From a virus (Duplodnaviria > Caudoviricetes): a DNA stretch of 64,000 nucleotides. A program made the position numbers and the translations under genes. Below the pieces are notes generated by a model. The model had not been told where the DNA came from. It ran no database searches and worked only from the letters and a program-made list of their open reading frames with translations. Where the stretch lies: positions 63,918 through 127,917 of IMG/VR virus record IMGVR_UViG_3300017987_005478. One strand, given 5' to 3'. Shown piece by piece: positions 9,779-20,200 of this stretch (positions within the stretch are counted from its first letter, which is position 1; the number at the start of each line of letters is the position of its first letter).

Positions 9779-11575
9779 TTAAATCTCCCACGTACCTTCC
9801 AGGAGTTTGCGCTTTTGGTCTGCTCCAGAGAACAGTTTTGACATCTTTGTAATATTAGACGTCATCTTAATTGGCACTAACTTTCTTTTCTTTTCATTAA
9901 TTGCAACTTCCCCAAGTTGATCTGGATTTAATTCAACCAAACCCTTCAGGCGCACTATTGGTTTATTCTCTTTTTTCGCTTTTTGTATTTCGTCATCCGT
10001 CCATAACGGAACAAAGTTCTTTTTCTCATTGATTGCATACAATGGAGTCTCAACAAGATAGTAATGTCCATTTCTAATAACATCTGGCACCAATGTGGCG
10101 AGAATTAACGTCACCAGACAAAAGATATGAGCGCCATCCTCATCGGCATCAGTTGCACATATAATTTTGTCATACTTCAAACCAGATATATCAAAGTCAG
10201 GACCCACGCCGGTTCCAAGAGCCATAATCATCTCCGAAACCTCTTTATTCTTTATGATATCCTTTGCATTAACCGCATTGGGAATTTTACCACGTAATGG
10301 TAATATAGCATGCTTCTTTGGATCTCGACATTCCACAAATCCACCACCTGCGGAATCCCCTTCCACGATAAATAATTCACCATGAGATGATGTGCAATCT
10401 CTGAGTTTGGTAAACTTGGTTGATGCTCGTTTACCGTTAGTTTTTGCCTTAACTTTTCTAGCATTGAGTCTTGCTCGGTATTCCGCAAATCTCTCAAGCA
10501 ACTCGGTTAATTGTTCAGGGTTCGCCGCGAAATGAGCTTCAATTTTTGCTTTGAGCTGTGTCACAAACTTACCCAATGTCGCCTTTCTATTTGTCAGCTT
10601 ATCTTTGGTCTGTCCGGAGAATTTTGGCTCCTTTAAACTGAGCATTAAATATGCTCTTAGACCCATAAGACAATCGGCTGGCATAAAGTTAAACCCTAAT
10701 TTCTTGCCTTTGGCGACGAAGAAATCTCTGAGAATCTCATAGAGGGCGTTAACGTGAGTTCCCCCGCTGTCGACAGGTAAGAGATTGACTGAGGATAATA
10801 CTCTCGGTGATACACTACCATTCATCGCATATGTCATCATGACATGGAAAGCTTCAGGTCTTTCCAAAGCAGAAAACTTCATTAGACCGACGTGTTGTTC
10901 TCCGTCATGCATGATATGATCCATAAAATGCTCATCCAACGTCAGTTTAAAAAGTTCTCTTTTGTCGTCGACATTGAGAATAAATGTAATGTCTTTGCTG
11001 AGTTCAGCTGAAGCAGTGCTCAGACGTCTCTTAATCCGTCGAACATCGGGTATGAGATTCTCAAAGATTTTCTTGGAAGGCTTGAATTCAATTTTGGTTG
11101 AGAAGGGTTTTTTATCTGTATAAGGTTTAATAGATTTGCTTTTGAGTTTTCCATTTGCAAATCTGAAGACTCCGTGTTTATTGTTTCTGTAAACTTCCAC
11201 CAAGTAATGATCACTCAGAGCAGAGACAGCACACAAACCAACACCGTGCAATCCACTTGCAATTTCATATGCTGTTTTTCTGTCCTGAAATTTTGCTCCT
11301 GAGAATAGTTTTGAGGATATTCTAACTGGAGTATTATCACTTAGCGGAATCCCACGACCATTATCCAATACGGCGCAAACACCAGTCTTAGTATCAATAT
11401 TTACTGCTATAATTGACCCATGACCACCTTGAGCCTCATCCAATGCATTATCAAGACATTCCTCTACAAGATGTGCAGGTGTTTCAGTGCCTCCAACATA
11501 CATTCCGGCGTTTAACTGGATATGGGTAATCTCATCCAACACCTGCACATCTTTTGCTGTATATCTTTTTACCAT
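9779..11575 (-). CDS. Type II topoisomerase B subunit (GyrB/ParE/T4 gp39+60-like)
   Basis: ECLDNALDE, DNGRGIP, GLHGVG, VEGDSA, PLRGK, TDADEDG, RLKGL. Confidence 0.96.
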   Translation of the reverse strand: MVKRYTAKDVQVLDEITHIQLNAGMYVGGTETPAHLVEECLDNALDEAQGGHGSIIAVNIDTKTGVCAVLDNGRGIPLSDNTPVRISSKLFSGAKFQDRKTAYEIASGLHGVGLCAVSALSDHYLVEVYRNNKHGVFRFANGKLKSKSIKPYTDKKPFSTKIEFKPSKKIFENLIPDVRRIKRRLSTASAELSKDITFILNVDDKRELFKLTLDEHFMDHIMHDGEQHVGLMKFSALERPEAFHVMMTYAMNGSVSPRVLSSVNLLPVDSGGTHVNALYEILRDFFVAKGKKLGFNFMPADCLMGLRAYLMLSLKEPKFSGQTKDKLTNRKATLGKFVTQLKAKIEAHFAANPEQLTELLERFAEYRARLNARKVKAKTNGKRASTKFTKLRDCTSSHGELFIVEGDSAGGGFVECRDPKKHAILPLRGKIPNAVNAKDIIKNKEVSEMIMALGTGVGPDFDISGLKYDKIICATDADEDGAHIFCLVTLILATLVPDVIRNGHYYLVETPLYAINEKKNFVPLWTDDEIQKAKKENKPIVRLKGLVELNPDQLGEVAINEKKRKLVPIKMTSNITKMSKLFSGADQKRKLLEGTWEI

Positions 11576-11577
11576 AG

Positions 11578-12861
11578 TTATATCCTCACAATGTAGCCGG
11601 TCTTATTTACTTGGTCAATAACACCTTCTTTCTGAATGACCCATATAATTTTCTTAGGAAGCAATTGTCTCGAAATTCCGTTAATATTATCACAACCACC
11701 ATCTGTGAATGCTAACACAACATCCGGTTTTAACTCACGTGCTCGCTCAAGACCCGGAAACAAAGTTGTTCCGCCTCGACCTTTAACCTCAAAATCAATA
11801 TCCCGAACCTTCTTACACTCGTATTCTTTTTGAATCTTTGTGTCATTCTCAATAACCGTCGTCTTACAATGACGATCATTTTCAATTATGTTCTTGATTC
11901 CTTTTAAACCTTCTTTAATATCGTCAGGCGACATACTACCTGAGGTATCAATCAAGACCACAATGTTGAATGAGAAGTCTCGAGTCCGACCTGGAAACGG
12001 CGAGATCTGAGGGAGATTTTGTTCTCCGATTGCAAACACGTAAGTCCGTTTACGATTAATCCTGGTAAAAGATCTCTTGAATTTACTTAATCTTGAACCT
12101 CTCACCAGTTTTCTAATTACTTGATAATATGGAACTTTTGGGGGAGTGAGCGCCTTATCTATCAGTTCCTTGACAAATCCCGGTAGCTCACCTCGCTTCT
12201 TTCGAAAATTCTTCAAAGAATCTTTGATGATTTCTTCGACATAACCGTCAATCTTTCGTGATAAGGAGCTCACATCAGCAACCTGAGAGATTGCTTTCCC
12301 CCAAGACCCATGATCGTCCACCGCATCATAGTCTTCACCAGCACCACCAAACTGCATTTCACCACCCATCTGTTTCATTTGATCTCTGACTTCATCTAAC
12401 AGGTGATGATAATAATGCTCGGTCGACTTACCATCTTCCATATCATAAATGTCAGGAAAACAACCCGCCCATGGTTTTCCGGCTATCGTTACTTCCCTTG
12501 GCATTTCTATGATAGGATTAACAGCACAATCAGCTGCAGTATTCCAAATCCTAGCCTTGACAAATTTAATTTCTTTCGAGACCTCGTTTGAGAGTATTCT
12601 CAATAATCTGGACACATGTTTATTCAACACATGCATTCCTTCATGTTCAAGAATTTTCTCTATAACTAAATCATCTGTTTCTTTCATCAATGCTGGATTA
12701 AATATCAGGGAAATGGTACCATCTCGTTCTGGTCCAACCCCCATTATAGATGGAAGAGTATCTGAAGCAATGCGACGAATCCTACCAAATAGATAACCCC
12801 AATAGCTATGTCGTAATGCCATTTTTGCTATCTGTTTTTTGAGGCGTTCGCTTTGATCCAT
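11578..12861 (-). CDS. DUF2201-like HExxH metallopeptidase-like plus VWA domain protein
   Basis: LEHEGMH; MIDAS DTSGS, GRGGT, FTDG; adjacent to MoxR-like ATPase. Confidence 0.88.
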   Translation of the reverse strand: MDQSERLKKQIAKMALRHSYWGYLFGRIRRIASDTLPSIMGVGPERDGTISLIFNPALMKETDDLVIEKILEHEGMHVLNKHVSRLLRILSNEVSKEIKFVKARIWNTAADCAVNPIIEMPREVTIAGKPWAGCFPDIYDMEDGKSTEHYYHHLLDEVRDQMKQMGGEMQFGGAGEDYDAVDDHGSWGKAISQVADVSSLSRKIDGYVEEIIKDSLKNFRKKRGELPGFVKELIDKALTPPKVPYYQVIRKLVRGSRLSKFKRSFTRINRKRTYVFAIGEQNLPQISPFPGRTRDFSFNIVVLIDTSGSMSPDDIKEGLKGIKNIIENDRHCKTTVIENDTKIQKEYECKKVRDIDFEVKGRGGTTLFPGLERARELKPDVVLAFTDGGCDNINGISRQLLPKKIIWVIQKEGVIDQVNKTGYIVRI

Positions 12862-12863
12862 TA

Positions 12864-14096
12864 TTATTCTCCCTCTTCATCACGACCTGTTTTGACAATA
12901 GCTTCATAAAACATGATCTTATATTCGGGTATTTTCAACATTGCTGAATGAAGCTTTGTAACATATTTAAATTCTGGAGTTTTGCGATCCAGACTATCAA
13001 TATCGGTAACATAAATCGCCGCTGTATCAATAGGCAGGTCAACCAGAAACTGAGCAACATTTTTCTTCTCTTTGTTCGTATAGTCCGGTCGAGACGTCGT
13101 CATAAAAGTTAAGAATGACATCATCACCTCTCCAAGAGATGCGTTATCATTCTCTTTCTTCATAGCGAGAATCTTTGGTCTCACTTTGACATAATCATAG
13201 AAGATATCTTTGGGATTAATTCCCTTACCTTCTCTAAGAAACTCCATAAATTTCGAAGTCATAGAGACGTTTAACAATCCAGAAGCTAATGCCTCAATTT
13301 CAGCCATATGTTTCTCAATACCACCGTTCAATTGAAATTTCCAGAGGTGGTCGGATAATTTCTCATAACTCGCTGGGTTTGCATAAACGGCACCGAGTTT
13401 CTGAGAATCCCAGTCATAAAGAAAATCAGGATGAGTCTGAATAAACTCAATGATAACTTCATGGAATTTTTGCTCAATTGCATACTTCAAGAAATCATTT
13501 GCATTTACCTCAACGTATAGATGCAATTGACGTCTTAGACCTGCTGCATCCTCCATTGTATCCATTTGATATTCAGAATCATCTGGATTGTCAATGGATA
13601 TCACAAACCAATGAGTTGGAAAATCCAACAAATGAACTTTATATTCGTTTTGCACCTGCCAGAGCAACTGCTGCAGGGCATGATCGCCTCTAGAACATTC
13701 ATCAATGACAAATATTCCATAACTCTCTTTGTCTTTAGGGACAAAATCAGAATACAACATCTTAAAAGATGTGTCTCCATTATTGATGATTGGAAACGGA
13801 ATGATAAAATCGTCTCGGGAAAGAACAGGAGCTTTTACCATAATCATTTGAAAATGAACTCCCAGTTCTTCAGATAATTCATTTGTGATCTGATTTGTTA
13901 TTTCAGTCTTGCCAACACCAGCCGGTCCTACAATTCTGAAGCATTGTCTTTGTACGTTTCGTCCTTGTTTCCACGTATTGATTGTGTTTTTAATATCTGC
14001 TTTAAGCAACTCCTTGATTTTTGAAATACTTAGAACAGAAATGTTTAACCTTTCGTAATATTTTTGTTCCTGTACCTGTTCTTCCTCGCTCGGCAT
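12864..14096 (-). CDS. MoxR-like AAA+ ATPase
   Basis: GPAGVGKT, FVIDE, NP sensor, LRRQ arginine finger; typical pairing with DUF2201/VWA gene. Confidence 0.85.
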   Translation of the reverse strand: MPSEEEQVQEQKYYERLNISVLSISKIKELLKADIKNTINTWKQGRNVQRQCFRIVGPAGVGKTEITNQITNELSEELGVHFQMIMVKAPVLSRDDFIIPFPIINNGDTSFKMLYSDFVPKDKESYGIFVIDECSRGDHALQQLLWQVQNEYKVHLLDFPTHWFVISIDNPDDSEYQMDTMEDAAGLRRQLHLYVEVNANDFLKYAIEQKFHEVIIEFIQTHPDFLYDWDSQKLGAVYANPASYEKLSDHLWKFQLNGGIEKHMAEIEALASGLLNVSMTSKFMEFLREGKGINPKDIFYDYVKVRPKILAMKKENDNASLGEVMMSFLTFMTTSRPDYTNKEKKNVAQFLVDLPIDTAAIYVTDIDSLDRKTPEFKYVTKLHSAMLKIPEYKIMFYEAIVKTGRDEEGE

Positions 14097-14370
14097 CTTT
14101 GATCTCCTTTTTCCGTTTCTTCTTTACTGGCGTTTTCTCTATGTCCGCCACGGATAAATATTCCATACTGACTAGTTTTCGTGCCGTCTCTACATCTTCA
14201 CCAGTATGTTTTTCTACAATTCGTTTTAGGATTCTTTTCCTTCGTTCATAATATGCGGTCCAGTCAAAATCATCTACCTTTGTGGTTAAACTTTCAAAAT
14301 ATGGTTTTGCGTTTTCACACATTTCACGACATGGTAACGTAACTAAACAGTCATCACATGGGCATTTCAT
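14002..14370 (-). CDS. Cys-rich protein (CPCxxCxVxxxCxxxC)
   Basis: MKCPCDDCLVTLPCREMC; basic C-terminal half. Confidence 0.6.
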   Translation of the reverse strand: MKCPCDDCLVTLPCREMCENAKPYFESLTTKVDDFDWTAYYERRKRILKRIVEKHTGEDVETARKLVSMEYLSVADIEKTPVKKKRKKEIKDAERGRTGTGTKILRKVKHFCSKYFKNQGVA

Positions 14371-14403
14371 ATCTCACCCCTTAGTAATTCAATATTCGTA
14401 TTT

Positions 14404-14432
14404 AAATATAAGAGGGGACCGAAGTCCCCTCT
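14404..14432 (-). terminator. Intrinsic terminator after SSB-like gene
   Basis: Minus strand AGAGGGGAC-TTCG-GTCCCCTCT then TATATTT; C(UUCG)G tetraloop. Confidence 0.85.
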
Positions 14433-14447
14433 TTGGGAGGAGGTAAT

Positions 14448-15395
14448 CTAGAAGCTCAAGTCCTCAAATGAGAACGGAGCTTCCTGGGATTGAGCAGCAG
14501 GCTCCTGCTTCTTCTCCTGCGTCTCCTGTGTGGGAGCTTCACTTTGTCCTCCAGTATTTGCTTGTTCAGTCGGTTGGTTATCAGGGATTTGTGAACCCTC
14601 AGGGGCTGCAGCCTGTCCATAACCACTTCCGGCTGCGCCCTTTGACCAATCCATTTTTTCGTTGAACTTCTCTAGCGTCTGTTTCGCTATTTTCAGTATT
14701 TCCATCACATTTTGCTTGGGAATGGCGGCTCCCTTCGCAAGTTCAAACACATTCTTTACCCCATACTGGGAATTCGCCTGACCCACGGTAATACATGTCA
14801 CATGGCGCTTGTTATTCACAACTGCTTTTTCGAATTTCTTACTCTCTTCTGTCGGTGGTTCGAATAATGGTTCCAATTCCAACTTACTCATCTCGTTCAG
14901 ATATTCAGCTACTCCCGAATATTTCATCCCCTTCCCCCTGACGAAGATGAAAGTCGGTTTATTTTCCTCTGTGAGTGCGGGTTTGCCACTCTCATCACAG
15001 AGAATACCAGCCACAATCATTTGAGCGCGGCATGCATTACAGAAATCCACAGCCGCTCTTTCTGCAGAATTTATTCCGCATTGACGTCCAGATGTACCCT
15101 TCCAAGGCGGTCCACCTTCTTGATAACTAAAACACTCTACCGTTTCTTTACCCTGCTGGTTCCTAGCAATTTTTGCGAGAACTTGCTTGGTATGTGTAAT
15201 GATCATACACACTGTGCCTTTATTGTACTCGACACCACGGACTTGTAATTTTCCGATTTGCTCCTCAATCCCGACGTGATTTTTTCTTTGAACTCCAGCG
15301 ATATATACACTATGAAAGAATTCATCTTCGGGTTTAATCGGTTCTTTACTTTCGTGTCCTGTCGCATACAGTCCTGCATAGTCTTCGTAACTCAT
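14448..15395 (-). CDS. Putative single-stranded DNA-binding protein
   Basis: 315 aa, Q/E/P/A-rich linker and acidic-aromatic tail FSFEDLSF; own terminator; replication context. No diagnostic sequence match recognised. Confidence 0.55.
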   Translation of the reverse strand: MSYEDYAGLYATGHESKEPIKPEDEFFHSVYIAGVQRKNHVGIEEQIGKLQVRGVEYNKGTVCMIITHTKQVLAKIARNQQGKETVECFSYQEGGPPWKGTSGRQCGINSAERAAVDFCNACRAQMIVAGILCDESGKPALTEENKPTFIFVRGKGMKYSGVAEYLNEMSKLELEPLFEPPTEESKKFEKAVVNNKRHVTCITVGQANSQYGVKNVFELAKGAAIPKQNVMEILKIAKQTLEKFNEKMDWSKGAAGSGYGQAAAPEGSQIPDNQPTEQANTGGQSEAPTQETQEKKQEPAAQSQEAPFSFEDLSF

Positions 15396-15408
15396 AATGT
15401 ACTTCCTC

Positions 15409-15990
15409 CTAACGATTTGGAATTAAACACCAGTTACAATAACTGGAACTTTCTGGTAATGTTACGATTGAAAACTCGTCACTAAACCAACATTTCATGT
15501 TTTGTCCCATTAATTCACTTGAGACAAATTTAAATACTGTCTTGAACTCTGGTAGTCCTGTAAATTCAGGATCATCTACCGTTGTGATGTTGACCCGTCT
15601 GACTTTAGAATTTGTATATCTTCCATTTATGAGTTTTGGATGAGGACAATAGAAAATCACTAATTTTCCATCCACGTTACGGAAGATTTCATTCTTGTAC
15701 ATGTAAGTTTGTGTGTCAAGATCGAAAGCCACATTATCTGCGTTCATAACTCTTGTAATTGACGTATGTTGACGACAGAATTGAAACTTGCCTTTCTTAG
15801 CTTCACAAACTTTACAACCATCAGCGCTTATCGAGTATTTCGTTCCACCTGCTTTAAATTTAGGATTCGCAACTTTGGAGAAGTATGATAAAATTCTTCT
15901 TCGATTAAGCAGGTATTTCATAATTGTTATTGGATAAACGTCGCACTCTAATCGTTCGACAAACATCTCAACACTAGTCAGTTTCATCAA
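15409..15990 (-). CDS. Hypothetical Cys-containing protein
   Basis: 193-aa ORF with RBS GGAGG; CKVC...FCRQH. Confidence 0.7.
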   Translation of the reverse strand: MMKLTSVEMFVERLECDVYPITIMKYLLNRRRILSYFSKVANPKFKAGGTKYSISADGCKVCEAKKGKFQFCRQHTSITRVMNADNVAFDLDTQTYMYKNEIFRNVDGKLVIFYCPHPKLINGRYTNSKVRRVNITTVDDPEFTGLPEFKTVFKFVSSELMGQNMKCWFSDEFSIVTLPESSSYCNWCLIPNR

Positions 15991-16044
15991 CCCACCTCCT
16001 TCACTAAAAATTCAACAAAACAAACAAAAACCCTATCATCCCAA

Positions 16045-16229
16045 ATCCGACCCAAGATTTATTAGTAACAAGAATGTCAGCGCACATTTTTCAGTGCTTT
16101 GCTAACAATAACTTTGATACTAATAAATCTCGAGTCGGATAATATTGTATGATAACGTAGGATACTTATAACTCAATTTTGACGGAGGAAAAGAAAGACA
16201 CTCTTTTCCTGATGAAGAAAAAATTGAGT
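16045..16229 (-). ncRNA. Candidate structured leader or small RNA (two long hairpins)
   Basis: 23-bp arms 16045-16067/16118-16140 pair fully on the minus strand with two G-U pairs, plus inner helices; second hairpin 16171-16229. Confidence 0.5.
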
Positions 16230-16285
16230 GTTAATTGATTATTACTTGTTTTTTACTTGAATAAAACTTGACAAATCACTTCTCT

Positions 16286-16303
16286 AGTAAATTATATATA
16301 TAG
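16286..16303 (-). promoter_or_regulatory. Putative phage promoter, class A (CTATATAT...TTACT)
   Basis: Motif recurs at 27466-27479 and 53135-53152, each at the start of a minus-strand unit. Confidence 0.55.
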
Positions 16304-16325
16304 TTTTGTTTATTAAAAATAAAAA

Positions 16326-16646
16326 TTATTCAGCAATAGCCCGAACCGGTTTGACATAATTCAATAGGTCAACGACCAAATCTGTTGTCTTAAAAGTATT
16401 CAATGCTACTGCAATCGATCTTTTTGCTTCCAAAGGCATTCTCGGATCTGTCAAAGTCATGTGAAGATTTCCTTGCAGATTAAAAACCATTCCATCTCCT
16501 GTCTCTTTGACTTCAACCAAATCTGACCTGTTTATTGTAAGTAAAATTGTGTGTTTTTTGATCGTAATTGTTTTATCTGGGACCTGTTCCTTCTTTGGTA
16601 ACTTCTTGTCATTCTTTTTTGATACTCTAGTCACTGAAAGATCCAT
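16326..16646 (-). CDS. Hypothetical protein
   Basis: 106-aa ORF, last gene of the RNAP gene run. Confidence 0.65.
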   Translation of the reverse strand: MDLSVTRVSKKNDKKLPKKEQVPDKTITIKKHTILLTINRSDLVEVKETGDGMVFNLQGNLHMTLTDPRMPLEAKRSIAVALNTFKTTDLVVDLLNYVKPVRAIAE

Positions 16647-17226
16647 TCTTTAATTCCCCCTCTCTGATCTTCGCTTCGATCATCATTTTCGACTTTTCCG
16701 TAAGATTTACAAACAAACTAATCATATTGTCTTTATTATATGTTCTCAAAAAATCTGAAATTATCTGAGGTAAAAAGTGGGATTCAATCTGTTCATCAAT
16801 TACCAACAAGATTCTATCTGCATTTGACAAGCAAAAATCTCGGATATCAGACCGCAAGTCGATATTCATAAATTTCCAAACATCGGCAATGAAATCAACA
16901 TATTCATACTCTATGAATTTTACAAATTTAAAAATAGATGCGATTTCATTCGGTGTCGGAACCTCAGGAAGATGTAACTCAATCTCGTATACTTCTTCAA
17001 CTTTGTCTACCAGATCACGAGCAAGTTCTCTTCTGTCGTCAATATTATAATCATTATTTAAGATATTTTGATAATGAGCTTTGAAGTCAGGAGTACCTAC
17101 TGAGTTAATCAAATCAATAAAATCATATCGTTTAAAAGCTATTTCGTCTGGATATATTTCATCGTATTCTTCGCTTTCTGGCTCTTCGACAGTTCCTAAT
17201 AAAGCTTTCAAACTTTCTTCAGACAT
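16627..17226 (-). CDS. Acidic hypothetical protein downstream of RNAP beta
   Basis: 199-aa ORF with RBS AAGGAG. Confidence 0.7.
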   Translation of the reverse strand: MSEESLKALLGTVEEPESEEYDEIYPDEIAFKRYDFIDLINSVGTPDFKAHYQNILNNDYNIDDRRELARDLVDKVEEVYEIELHLPEVPTPNEIASIFKFVKFIEYEYVDFIADVWKFMNIDLRSDIRDFCLSNADRILLVIDEQIESHFLPQIISDFLRTYNKDNMISLFVNLTEKSKMMIEAKIREGELKNGSFSD

Positions 17227-17235
17227 GATATCTCC

Positions 17236-20200
17236 TTACTTTGAAAGAATTAATGCTGTCATATAACTTGAGAGCAAATCTCTAGCTGGTGATCCTTTAG
17301 CAATACGAAATTCAGCATTGCCCTTTTGGACAATATCAGCAATAATCTCATTTTTTGTCACATGATCATCTGACAATGGACCCATTAACTCCGATAGCAG
17401 GGTTGGGCAGTTATAAGATATAAATGCGTATGTGTCCATTTCACCCAATCTCTGACCACCTTCTCGCCTTTTACCTGATGTTGGTTGTTTTGTTTTACCA
17501 GTAACAGGTCCTGTGGATCGAGCATGAGTTTTCTCTTCACTGATATGTTCAAGTTTATTGATATACATATATCCAACAGGAACAGGTTTCTTTGTTTTTG
17601 TATTATATTCTGGTAATGTAAGTTTGTATCCCGTTTTTAATCCAAGAAATTTTATCACTTCATATATATTTTGGTGTGAAGGTGATTTAAATGGTGGCAC
17701 CATAACAGGAACAAAACCAGAAGCCTGAACCTGCTTCATAAAAGCCTTAAATTTGGCATCAGACAATTTTGCAAAATTTGTCAGAAATGTTCCACTAAAA
17801 TCTTGTTTTGGGCTTCCATCTAATCTTGGAAATACTTTTCTAAAAAGAGTAAGTACTTGAGCTTTTGTTTTCATTTTTAAAACTTTGTTGCCCAATTCTT
17901 TAGAAATCAAACCTGTATATAGTTCAAGCAACTGTCCAACATTCATACGACCAATAATACCAATAGGATTTACTACAATATCAACTCGGTCGCCCCACGG
18001 AGTTCTTGGCATCAATTCTTCTTTTTCAATTAGACCAATAGTGCCCTTTGCTCCAAATCTATTAGTAAGCTTGTCTCCAATACCAATTCTCAATTCTTGC
18101 TCAATTTTAAATCTGACCAACACACCTTTTATTGGTGTTCCTCGAACAGTAACTTTATCTTTAGCTGATAAACCATGAATACGTCTGGTTCTTCGAATTA
18201 GTTTTGTCAGCTCTGGAAATTTATCATCTGCAGTATTTGAGAAGACCTCAATATCAACAATTGTGCCACCTGGACTCTTTTTGATCATTTGTCCGCCAGC
18301 ATAATCAACACCTTCTTCATCCTCATCTATACCAAGTAATTCCTCCAGTTCGCCCATTGTCTTACGTAAAATTGGTTGACCTTTTTCAACCTTCTCACCA
18401 ATTTGACTGATAAACAGCAGTCGATCTTTTTCAGAAATTAATACTTCTTCAAAAATCCCATGCAAAGAAGTCAGGGTGTCGTCACGCACTAAACGATCAC
18501 TAATAGCAATACTATCCTCAAAGTTATAACCTTTGTAAGGCATAACGGCTACTAATAATGTTCGCCCAAGAGCAATACTGCCATCAGCCACACAACTACC
18601 CTCAGCCAAGATTTGATTGGTTTTAACTGTTTGACCAACTTTTACTTTGGATTGAAAAACACTTAACGTATCTTTACCAGATCCAGATCTTAAATGGACA
18701 GGAATTATTGAAATGTTTTGTTTTCCACCTTTTGAACACTGAATTGTAATATTATCTCCAGTAACAGCGGTCACTTTGCCCGCACACGGACTCTTTTTAA
18801 CGAAATTCTCCGATAACACATTTGTCAGTAATGATTCATAACCAGATTGAACTACAGGAGGTTCTGGATCCTTTAAAGGAACAACCTGTTTTTGTTGTGC
18901 TGAAAGCATGATAACCCTTGCTCCATCATTATTCTCAACAAATGGAGTGAGGGTTGTAGTTGTGGACAATACTCCTGATCCCTCTTTATCTGAAAATTCT
19001 TTTGGTAGAAATAATCCCCTCGCAGAAGTCACAAAAGCGTTTACAGTCAAGTGTTGTACAATACCAATATTTCCACCTTCTGGTGTATCAAGAGGGTCAA
19101 TATTTCCAAAATAACTATTATGAACACTTCGAGCATTAGTTTGGATTGCTCTCTTATCTGGAATGCCTCCAACATTCTTTCCAACGGGCGATGTCCTTGT
19201 CATCGTAGACATCTCTTCTATTGGGTTGGAATATTCCATATCTTGAACAATTTCTAATTGGTTAAAGTCAAGAAGAACTTTCTTTTGGTTAATTTTAAAT
19301 TCAGCATCCTCATTACCAGCTAATCTTTGTTCTCTATAATCTGTATGTGCTGCCTGTACTTGCTTTTGAACCAAATGGACAATAGTTTCAGAACCTCTGA
19401 TTCTTTGGTTGGTTAAATCATTTCTATCTTGGACAAATCCCTCAATTACCTTTGTTGCCATATAATACATAATATCTTTCAAGTTTGAGGGTAATTGTTT
19501 ATTGACTAATACTTGCTTTGCAACAGGATCAACCATATTTTCCAACATATTATTAATTAACCAAGTAGTGTTTACTCTGCCTGTCATGGCAACAAGCAGA
19601 CTGTCAAAATATTCTTTCGTACCAAATTTCTCTTTTATATCATATGTGTGAACTTTGGCTTTACCAAAGGAGTCGCAAAACTCCTCTTTTAGTTCAGTAT
19701 CTACCTTGGTAAATCTGATATATGATTGTCCAATATTGAAGATGAATTTTTCACCTTTCTTTGGTTTGGTGTCTGTAATTTCATAACCCAATCCATAATC
19801 TTTCAATATTTGCTCAAAACCAAAACTGTAAAATGAGATAATCGATAGAGGCAACTTATATGAACCAAAGTAGGCTTCAAGATACTTTAAACGTTTTGTC
19901 CGCTTACTATGAATTCTGAACTTGGAATATGAACTCTCAAAACGAGACTCATAGGGAGCTGGAAATGTAATCGGACATAACACAAGTTGATTAATAAGAC
20001 ACTTCTTTTTACCATAAACTCTAAACGTGCCTGTATTTGGATCAATTTTCGGTATGTCAATTTGGACTACGTGAGGCTTTCCGTCTTTATCATTTAGAGT
20101 TATTTGAGCTGTTTCAATGTCAGATTTATTAAGCTCTCCCTTTGCATGAGCTTTCTTAATAACTTCAACTTTCTTAACAAATAACGGCTGTTCTTTTGAT

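Noticed and set aside
16171-16229. Hammerhead ribozyme (CTGATGA...GAAA on plus strand)
   Set aside because: No stem II between CTGATGA and GAAA, and pairing is better on the minus strand
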